Part shown: piece by piece, positions 32,792 to 42,283 of the stretch
Numbering within the stretch: position 1 is the first letter of the stretch
Layout of the letters: every line of letters begins with the position of its first letter
NCBI GenBank assembly: GCA_021432655.1
Contig: MU271197.1
Location: 77,451 to 119,733, forward strand
DNA: 42,283 bases
Direction: 5' to 3'
Origin: Atractiella rhizophila
Lineage: Eukaryota
The notes under the pieces: generated by a model
Database searches by the model: none
Told to the model about the DNA's origin: nothing
Seen by the model: the letters and a program-made list of their open reading frames with translations, nothing else
Translations under genes and position numbers: made by a program

Positions 32792-33577
32792 AAGGCAAAC
32801 GTCTGTTTCTGAAGCGTGACTAATTGAGGTGGACCGTGACGTTGTGAGTCTTGTAACTGATATATTCACCACTGTGCCTAAGTTGTAGTCAATGTGCCAA
32901 CATGGCACAAACAGTATCCCGGGCCAGCTCAACCAATATACTCCGTCTCGCAGGTTTGGTGCAGAGTGTCAGAGACAGGTTGCGCAAAACGGAGTGAACG
33001 TGAGGAACATCCCGAAGATTTATAAACGAGTACAGCAAACACGGACTCCGAAGTTAATTCAAAGTACTAGAGGTTCTCGCGCATAGGTCCAAGGACATAG
33101 TTGGTACAGTCACTCGAAGAACCCTATAGTCCGAGGTTGTTAGCGGGAGCTCGCTCTATGTATCTCTATCATTTCGATTAAGTTGCTGTCAGTCTTTAAT
33201 GGAGCGAAGAATTGTAAGATCCGCCATAACTTTACTTTGAAGCAATTCAGCTTAGCAAAGTTCAAACAGCCCAGGAAAACATCGCCTCTCATTCTCTTTA
33301 GCTGGCTGGGCTAACTCATAGCCCTGATATGTTAACCCATTTGGAAAGCGTTACGATTATGCAGGCTCCTCCTCAAGATCAACAAAATAACACATTGCGC
33401 AGAAATTGGCACAGTCGGACGAGCAACCGCAGCTGAATAGTCAAGCTGGACAATGCAACTGTTGGAAGAAGCAGAGCAGGATAGTGAAATTGGAGAGGTG
33501 GGAATCTTGCGGAACTGCTGACAACTTGAATAACTAACTGGGGGAACTTAAAACGAAGGAGGAAGAAACTTGGAGAA

Positions 33578-35932
33578 ATGGGATTCGTAGAAACAGGAAA
33601 TGAGTTTTCCATTTCCATTTTGGGGGAGGGACGCCTGAATTCAAGGTTTGGGTTTGCACAAGGTTCGCCCCTTTCTTGACCTTCTCATATGCTGAGGTTA
33701 TAAATTTGTCAACCAGCTTCCACAAAGGCAAGTCTCAATGAAGCAAGCTATTCCAAGGCCGAAGAGTTCTGGATTTCCATGGCCGTCAATATTCATGAAA
33801 GGCTGCATGAATGGTCGAAAACTAGAAAGGTCGCAAGCGCCAAATCAGTCTGGGACGACCGCGACGAACGTTACGCACGGAACTCCAGCCAGGTGATCCT
33901 GCCACGACGCTGATCAAGTGAGGCGGTTACGACAGGGTTTACGACTCGGTGGAAGCCTATAAAACGCAGCATAAAAAATGGACGGCAAATAGCGGATTCG
34001 AGCCCTCGATACTTCAAGAAGAACTGGCTAACATCATACCGACCATCGAACACTTCCTCTCAGCCTCTCCCAAAGCCCCAACTCTTCCAGCCAGCTTGTC
34101 AAGCAATTTTGAATGCCTTGCTTGCCTGACTGATCAACCCTCGACCTTTCTCTCCTGTTCACATTCACATGCAATCTGTCGTGCATGTGTCCTCGGTGCT
34201 CTCTCTGACGAGGAAAAGAAGACACCTCATCTAGTTGAGAGGATTACTTGTCCAATTTGTGGGGAGAAAGGCGCGATCTCTCCGAGGCTCCTTCCAAATA
34301 ATACTGGTACCAGAATCCTCTCGCTTGACGGTGGCGGAGTGAGGTACGTTCGCCTCTTGCTGTCGTTTCTATTATGGTTACTGATAGTGGAATTGAAGGG
34401 GAATCACACAGGTAACGATGCTGAAGTCGATAGAAGAGAAATGCTTCGATATACCCATCGTTTGGTTGTTCGACCTGATCGTTGGCACTTCAATTGGCGG
34501 TTTACTTGCCTTGAGGTAATCTCACAACTTTTACACATCATCCATCGTTGACATCGCTCCTTAGCTTGACAAGTGGAAAATCGCCTTATTCACTCAACGA
34601 ACTCGCGACGCTTTTCCCAAACCTCATGAAAAAGGGCTTTACTCCACACGTCCCTTTCTTCGATTCTCTCAATATGCTAGCCGTTATGGTTGGTGGCGCG
34701 AAATTTGAAGTCGGGGCTCTCGAGGCAACTCTTCAGAAGCACTTCGGGGATCTAACAGTTGTACAAGGACCTGGAAAAGGTGGTCCTTTTCCTCGAGTCG
34801 CGGTCACGACAGTATCTCATCAAAACTTGGGAAAGCATCTCGTTCCAAATTAGTAAGTCTAGCGCCGTCGTTGAGTATCGCTAGAACTGATCTCCTGTGC
34901 GAAAGTAACCGAAGGGTCACAGATGAAGAAGCAGACTTCCTGCTCCTCCGCCCGAAGACGGAGGATTGCATGAAGGTCTGGCAAGCTGGACGATGCACTT
35001 CGGCGGCCTACCCTTACTTTCCAGCCTTCCCATTTCAGTCAGACAATCTCGATGGTGGTTTTGCTATGAACTGTCCAGCAGAGATCGCCTTCGATGAGGG
35101 TCAGAAGATTTGGGAAGACCGCAATTGCGATATCTTCCTCTCCATCGGAACGGGCACGAAGCCAAAGCCGAGATCGCCGCCACTCGCTAGTAAGAGTCTG
35201 TCGTTGAATGGACGAGGAAGCCTTTCTCGTCGAATCTCGCTACGAAAAAAGCCAGAGGTGGAGAAGGAAGATGTGAATCTCATTCAGGTTGGATCGACGG
35301 TTATCGACGTTGCGATGGATTCTGCTAGGTTGTGGAACGAGTTTGAACAGGAATTACGAGCACGAGAGAAGCGAGGGACGATCATACCTCGTTTGTTCAG
35401 GTTCGACTTTTCCCTCACCAAGCAGTTTAAGCTCGACGATACGGCTGCCCTGCCAGACCTCACGAAGCAAGCGACGGACTTTATCAGCACCAAAGAAGCC
35501 CAACGAGACATCGAGAACATCGCTGATGAGCTTATCGCCAAACTTTTTTTCTACGAGCCTTTGACTGGCATCATCAATAACACCCATCGTGGCGTCATTC
35601 GTTGCCACTTACCTCCTTCCCTCCCACAAAGGGAAAGACTTGTCAAGAAGCTGGTCGAAATCGGCAACGGGTTATCGAAAGAAGATTTTCTCTTCAAGAT
35701 TCGATACATTTCTCCTCCTCGCAAGCAAGGGGTTGATGCACCTTCATTAGATCTCTTGAAAGCCCTTAAGTCAGGCGAAGACCTTAGAATTCCTGTCAAT
35801 CTTCCAGATCTTCCAGATAAGGGAGAGGTTGTCTTTGTTCTCGAGGCAAAGAAGGTTTATAGCTCTGGTTACACCACCATCAGCGGCAACCCCATCGTGT
35901 TGAGAGGTGCAGGACAATCAGTTTATCCATGA
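33578..35932 (+). CDS. Patatin-like phospholipase with RING-like zinc finger; 5' part appears damaged (possible pseudogene)
   Basis: CLACL...CSHSHAICRAC...CPIC, RILSLDGGGVR|G, FDLIVGTSIGG (GxSxG), WQAGRCTSAAYPYF, DGG motif and FLSIGTG. Confidence 0.75.
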
Positions 35933-36377
35933 TTTATCCAGGAATACACGAGATTTCTGGTTGATGTAGTATGTTACGGTATTTGTTTAGCACTTTTACC
36001 TCTCCCTTTCTATTATAGCAGTATCGATGTGCTGTGTGGACATTTACCATCTCAGTACGATGTGCATGTAACCTGTGAAATTTGTAAAACGTACAAAGAT
36101 GTGTCCTGAATCCGGGAGGGTGCAGTTAAAGCCTACAAATCCAGCCAACATTCTGCGCTTGAGAATGAGTACACCGATCGAAATACAAACAGGCAGCATT
36201 GCATAATAGTACCATTCATCAATATTTCGGATACATCCATCTTCATGCATCGAGAGAGACTCCATCAGGAATGTCAAGCGAAACGACAAGATCAAGCACA
36301 CATTTATCTACGGCAGTTGAAAGAGGGAAGACAAGAAGAAGAGCAACAGCACTCTCGAAAGAGTTGAGAATATGAGC

Positions 36378-37790
36378 TTAGAACTCCTCATCAAAGCTAA
36401 GGGTGTGCTGTGAGGTAGGGGCGCCGCTAGTTGCAGTAGTCTGTTGCTTTTGTGCCGACATGATTCCAGCCTTCTGATAATCGGAGACACGCTTCTCAAA
36501 GAAGTTAGTTTTACCAGAAAGAGAAATCATTTCCATGAAATCTGTTGCAGTCTCAGCTGAACGATCCAAGGCAGGAAGCAGGTCAACGTACCAAATGGAT
36601 TGGTGGCATTGTAAACTTTCTCGTTCCCGAGAGCAACGAGGAGGCGATCGGCAACAAACTCGATGTATCTGATGTATCTGATGAACGATGAGCAAGAATA
36701 GAGAACGGGCACGCACTGGCACATCAGGTTGGCGTTCATACCAATCAAGCTGACTGGCAAAGCGTCGGTCAAAAATTCTTTTTCAATCTCAACGGCTTGT
36801 CTGATGATCATGCTGACCGTATCAGGATGTGGGCGCCTCGCGAGATGCTTGAATAGAAGGCAAGCGAAGTCGGTATGAAGACCTTCATCTCTGGAAATGA
36901 GTTCGTTGGAAAACGTGAGACCCGGCATTAAGCCGCGCTTCTTCAGCCAAAAGATGGATGCGAAGGATCCGGAGAAGAATATGCCCTCCACAGCCGCGAA
37001 AGCGATAAGGCGCTCTCCAAAAACGGATTTCTCATCCGAAATCCACTTTAAAGCCCAGTCTGCCTTCTTCTTGACACAAGGAACTAAAAAAATTATTAGC
37101 AAAGTGGGGAAAAGAGGAAGTATTACGAACCTGTATCAATGGCCTCGAAAAGGTGCTGTCGTTGAGCAGGCTCGCGAATGTACGTGTCGATAAGAAGGGA
37201 GTACACCTCGGAATGAATATTTTCCCTGCCAGCCACACTCGCGTCAGGACCAAAATTTTCCAGCGACAAAGCGAGGGCTCACATCATGATCTGGAAACCG
37301 TAGAAACACCTCGCCTCCGCACTCTGCACTTCAGCTGAGAATCGTTCCACCAGATTTTCATTCACGATCCCGTCCGACGCCGCGAAAAAGGCCAGAACAT
37401 GAGAGATGAAGTGCTTCTCGTTATCGTTTAAGCGGTTATCCCAATCATGCAGATCCTTAGAAAGATCCATCTCTTCAGCCGTCCAGAAGGACGCCTCAGC
37501 TTTCTTGTACATTTGCCATATCTGCGATCGTGTCAAAGGATCAACGACGCGTCCTATGCCCTCAACCATGTTGGCAGAAGAAAACGTACCTCATGATACT
37601 GAATCGGAAACATAACGAATCTCTTTTTGTTCTCCTTTAGAAGAGGTTCCATGGAGTCTTCTGTGATAGAAAGGTCTCCAACAAATCTCTTTCTCGCATC
37701 CTCTTCATTGAACTGCTCTGAAACATGGGAGATGTCTTTCCCATTAAGGGTGAGTTTGGAGGCTCCGCTTTCAATAGCTGACGTCGACAT
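36378..37790 (-). CDS. RNR2: Ribonucleotide reductase small subunit
   Basis: [53 protein letters not shown] (radical Tyr), [34 protein letters not shown] and C-terminal FDEEF. Confidence 0.97.
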
Positions 37791-37848
37791 GTTGTTGTTC
37801 TGTATGAGCGAGATGGGAAAGAGAAGGCGATATCCTCGTTTTATGGAC

Positions 37849-37927
37849 CGCGACGCGTCTTGGTTGTGTTTTAAACTTCGGGAAAGCAGTACAGCTCGGT
37901 GCCGATGTATTCGGAACCTAGACGCGA
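37849..37927. promoter_or_regulatory. MCB elements in the RNR2/RAD4 bidirectional promoter
   Basis: CGCGACGCGT at 37849-37858 and ACGCGA at 37922. RNR genes are established MBF/MCB targets in yeasts. Confidence 0.6.
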
Positions 37928-38035
37928 CAACCAAGTCATCAACACGCAATCCGCAACTTCATAAACGACGACATCTTGGAGGACATCAACCTGCTTCCAC
38001 AGATTTCTCGTCTTAACGTGGACTGAGGACTGAAG

Positions 38036-41000
38036 ATGGAGTTTACGGATGAGTTCAACGATCCCTACGCAGAAGAACATGAAGGAGTGGACGACATGGA
38101 TGTGGATGTGGCTGACGAGGAGGACATAGAATGGGATGAGGTAGAGGCGACTGGTGATGGAGTAGGAGTTCGTGAAGATGTCGAGATTGTTTTACCATCC
38201 AGTGCACTAGCTCCACTGAAGAAGAAGAAGGGTCAAGCGTAAGTGACTTCTGCCTCTGGGAAGTGTGAATCGGTTGCATAAACTTGTCCTCTTGCTTTCT
38301 ACCGTGTTCATCAGTGCGTCGGCTTCGAATCTCAGAAATTTTTGCATGTGCTAGCAATCTGTAACATGACCTGTGCCTCAGAAACAGCGTTGTCTGAAAT
38401 GCTATTCTAGTTGCCAACTCGTAGGCTAAGCAATTTTGACTGTCTACATAAGTTTTACCAACAGAACTTCTCTGATAATGAACATCTTGCAGTGTCAAGA
38501 GGCGTAACCCGTATCTTGATCCAGATTATCGAATGTTGCGTCTTGATCTCCATCGAGTGCACCTGCTCTGTCACTTGCTGTCGGCGCATCACATCTGTTC
38601 ATTCCTTACGGTGGATGGATCGCCCCTATTACTCGCGCGAATTCTATCCCAAATCCCTTCATCACTCGCCAATTCCTTCACCTCCTTCAATCCCACCACA
38701 CATCCCAACGAGCGAGATCGGAGTCGATTGTTTGATTCCGCGGTCAAAGACCTTGCGTTTTGGTGGTGGGAAACCTGGGACATGACGCCTGAAGGAACCG
38801 GGGAAGTGAGAGTGTGGAGTTTTGCCGAAGGGCAGGAGAAAGCCAAGGCCTTTGACTGGGCGAAGTGGTCCGAAGGGAAGTCGAGTCCCGAGGAATGGCC
38901 AGAGGTAAAAGAGAGGATCCAGGGAGAAAAGAGTCTTATGAAACGGGCAGTCAAGATGAAGGGCAGCCGAGATATGATGGCGTACCTTTTCGCTGGTGCT
39001 CTCCGCGCTTTGGACGTTCCTTGCCGCGTGGTCGTGAGCCTTCAAGCTGTTGATTACAAGGGTGGCCATGAACTTGACAAGGAGAAAGATGATAAGAAGA
39101 ATGAAGAGTCAGCAAGCAGAGGAATGAAACGTAGAGCAGACCACCAGGCACCTTCTTCAGAACGATCCATAAAGACGAGGCGATTGAGTTATTCGCAAGC
39201 ACCGTCTACCTCCTCCCCTCCCGTTAGCTCGAATGCAGCTTCGATGACTTCTTCCGAACAGCCTGACTTTACGAATGGGGAAGAAGAGGATGGTGGACGT
39301 CGTCCCTCGATGAACAAGTCGATAAGTACTGGTGGAGCTAGAGAGAAGAGGAAGAAGAAAGGAAAAAAGATGTCAGATATTGGCGTGGCGCCGGCTTCGA
39401 TGAGAAGGCTGGGTGCGAAGGTTGGGATCAAGTTGAGAAATAGCAACAAGATCCCAACTGTTGCTGATATGGTTGCCGCTTCAATGAGCAATGGTGAGTT
39501 GTGCAGTTCAAGGAAAATAGATACTAATACTGCGGGATAGAGCCACCTCCTACAGTTTGGGTGGAGGTCTATTCGCGCTCAAGCAAGGAATGGGTGACCG
39601 TGGACGTGACTCGAAACAAGTATCGCTGTCAGAACTCGATGGAGCCGCCAGCTGGTAAGACCAAAGTGGGAGGCAATCGGATGCTCTACGTAGTGGCGCT
39701 AGAAGAAGGCACGTCCAATTAAGCTTGGTGAAATTTTTGTTGATTGTCCTAGCAGATGGACATGTCAAAGATCTCACTCCAAAATACACCAAGGCTTTCG
39801 CAACTGAAATAGTTCAGTTACGACCTCCTCCTATGTACAAGCGACATGGCAAGCAACGTGTGTACGAGGACTGGTACAGGGATAGAGTAGTGAAACCGCT
39901 TAGTAGGAGGTTCAAGCTGGTGCGTGTTAACAGATTGCACACCTGAGGAGCTTAAGGCGACGCAGACGCGAGACGAGAAAGAAGACATCGAGCTGTCACA
40001 AAGTGCCAGGAATGCACCTATGCCTAGCAGTCTTGCAGGCTTTAAGAATCACCCATTGTACGTGAGAACAGTCTCTGATGCTGTCATATCTGAACCAAGT
40101 TTGGAACAGGTATGTCCTAGAGCGCGATCTTCTGCGGGACCAAGTTCTTCCGCCTGAGGCCAACTCCATTGGCAGCTTTCGCGGTATTGCTGTATATCCA
40201 CGAACTGCTGTACTCTCTCTCAAATCAGCTGAAAATTGGATGCGAGAAGGTATGAGAGTTGTGCAGGGAGAACAACCGTTGAAGATGGTCAAAATGCGAG
40301 CGGTAACAATTGAACGCAGGCGACAGATTGAGTCTGCCGGAGAGGATGCTTTGCAGGGACTGTACAGCCGTGACCAAGTTGAGGAAGTTGTCCCAGATCC
40401 TGTCATTGATGGCAAGGTGCCGAAAAATTCCTATGGGAACGTTGATCTCTTCGCGCCGCATATGCTTCCTCCAGGCAGCGTCCATCTGCCTTGTAAGCCT
40501 CTTGCCATCTTTCCACTGTACGAATGAAGTTGATCATGATTGGAACAGATCGTGGAATAGCCAAAGTTGCGAAGCGCTTGGGCATTGACTACGGTGACGC
40601 CGTGGTTTGTTTCGCTTATTCTACATATATATTTTTCTTAATATCTTGATTCAGACAGGGTTCGAGTTTCACAAAAGACGCGCTACCCCAACGCTTGATG
40701 GCATCGTTGTTCCCGTTGAAAATCGTGAACTAGTTCTGGATGTGAGTATCTCCACTTCCTTCCAACATTCATCACCAGTGTTAACTGTAAAATAGGCATA
40801 TTGGGCTGCCGAGCAAGCTGCACAAGAAAAGGAGCTCACCAAGCGGCAAGAACGCAGTCTGAAGCATTGGAAGAAGCTTATACTTGGTCTGCAAGTTCGG
40901 CAACATGTCGAAACCACTTACAAAAGCGCGGCGATGTCTGCTTCCGCATTGAAACCAACTGTAAGCGTGATGTCAACGAAGATCTCTACTTGAAATGACT

Positions 41001-41481
41001 GGCGTACTTGGTCTGCAAGTTCGGCAACATGTCGAAACCACTTACAAAAGCGCGGCGATGTCTGCTTCCGCATTGAAACCAACTGTAAGCGTGATGTCAA
41101 CGAAGATCTCTACTTGAAATGACTGGCGTCTAGGCGACACAACGTCCCTCACAATTGAAGCAACTCGAACTACGTTCCAGCGAGGAGAGAGAGGAAGAAG
41201 AGTCACCACGGCCGTCAATCGGATCCAGGATCAATAATCTAAGTCTTGCTCAACTTCCCGATACGGCTTCAAAACCAGCCAAAACTTCAACCAAAATGGT
41301 GATACCGATTGCAGGTTCCAGTGCTCCTCCCTCCCACGGAACCACAGATCCTCATGATTCATCCTCTTCGAAGCGTAGAAAGTCAGCGCGATCTTCAGCC
41401 ACCATCAAAAGCGCGAGTAGCAATACTACTTCTGATCGGGTCTTACGTTCACGGGCTTCCATCCGTTCTGTGATTCCATAG
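38036..41481 (+). CDS. RAD4: DNA damage recognition protein Rad4/XPC
   Basis: LHRVHLLCHL, GSRDMMAYLFAGALRALDVPCRVVVSLQ, PPTVWVEVYS, DGHVKDLTPKY, MPSSLAGFKNHPL|YVLERDL, LKSAENW, GLYS, GKVPKNSYGNVDLF and GFEFHKRRATPTLDGIVV. Confidence 0.95.
40881..41128 (+). repeat. Perfect 124-bp tandem duplication (2 copies)
   Basis: 40881-41004 is identical to 41005-41128 (TACTTGGTCTGCAAG...AATGACTGGCG). Confidence 0.97.
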
Positions 41482-41993
41482 GCCGCTCTGGTGTTTTGCT
41501 CTGGTTTGAAAGGACTTCAAATCCTAAAACCTGTTGACAGGCAGGAGAGCATTAGGCTGCTATGCCGCATTCAATTTCTGGCTGGACAGCTTGCTGTACC
41601 CATGCTGTCCCATCATTACAACTTGAAGGTCATCTGACTGATAAACTGGAAGAGCTATACGTCTAGGTATCTGATTGTAGGCTATGAATGTATACATGTA
41701 TGAACTATGGAGATCAATATTTCGATTAATCCTGAAGTTTTGAAGCTTTGAACTGTTTTCATGGGCAATAGTTAACTCAATGTTATCGGTTCTCTTGTTA
41801 CAGTAGGGTTCACTGTGCGGATAGCACTGGTTGCCACGAGTTTTTTGTTGTGGCCTCTCGGCCTCTCCTTTCAACACGAACACGAACAACCTGAAGGGCC
41901 TGAACGAAGATTGATTTAACTTTAGTTTGTCCATATTTGCTGCTCTGGAGACATATCGACCAACAACAGTGTGCTGACTTCTACAGTAAAAGA

Positions 41994-42283
41994 ATGGGGT
42001 TGGGACTCAGTCCTTCTGCCTCAGCTGATGACACAGCGAAAGTGGAGGTAAGCGAGGCTGATGAAAGTACAATGCTCCATTGTACTATCTGCCTGTCTCC
42101 AGTGGAAAATCAAGCTGTGATAGAGCCTTGCCTTCATGAATCATTCTGTTTCAGATGCATTCTTGCTTGGACTGGTAGGCACCTCTCGCATATGGCTCTG
42201 TGACTTTCTGAGTCGCAATTCCGCTCTAGACCAAAGTCGGCGGGTGCGTTGCGTTCTCTCCAGTTTCGGCTTTTGTTCAAACG
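41994..42283 (+). CDS. RING-finger E3 ubiquitin ligase, 5' part (runs off window)
   Basis: CTICLSPVENQAVIEPCLHESFCFRCILAWT|DQSRR, a C3HC4 RING pattern. Confidence 0.75.

Noticed and set aside
38250..38350. U5 snRNA-like layout (CTCTGG...GCATAAA...CCGTG...AATTTTTG) in RAD4 intron 1
   Set aside because: The invariant loop I GCCUUUUAC and its closing stem are absent.

Overview
Gene-dense eukaryotic DNA, almost certainly from a basidiomycete fungus: many ~40-70 nt spliceosomal introns and head-to-head gene pairs only ~80-430 bp apart. About 20 intron-containing genes can be reconstructed by eye: a partial membrane-protein gene, a chromodomain/coiled-coil/C2H2 protein, a small hypothetical protein, a WSC membrane protein, NCS6/CTU1, VPS39/VAM6, an F-box protein, SLD5, a Whi5/Nrm1-family repressor, a divergent Gtr2/RagC-like GTPase, a MARVEL-like protein, a 3'-truncated hexokinase, CCDC124/Oxs1, a conserved fungal hypothetical protein, POL32/cdc27, a DUF2306 protein, a RING+patatin protein with a damaged 5' end, RNR2, RAD4/XPC and a partial RING E3 ligase. 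The most unusual items are (i) a head-to-head NCS6-VPS39 pair whose first introns are 1148 and 819 nt, structured, and contain internal splice signals; (ii) MCB (ACGCGT) elements inside introns of G1/S genes, clustered in the Whi5/Nrm1 intron; (iii) a rearranged block at 24.6-25.8 kb where hexokinase breaks off at an LTR- or Helitron-like element next to a frameshifted FOX2 fragment; (iv) a perfect 124-bp tandem duplication absorbed into a RAD4 intron. CDS coordinates are whole-gene spans including introns, and exon boundaries are manual predictions.
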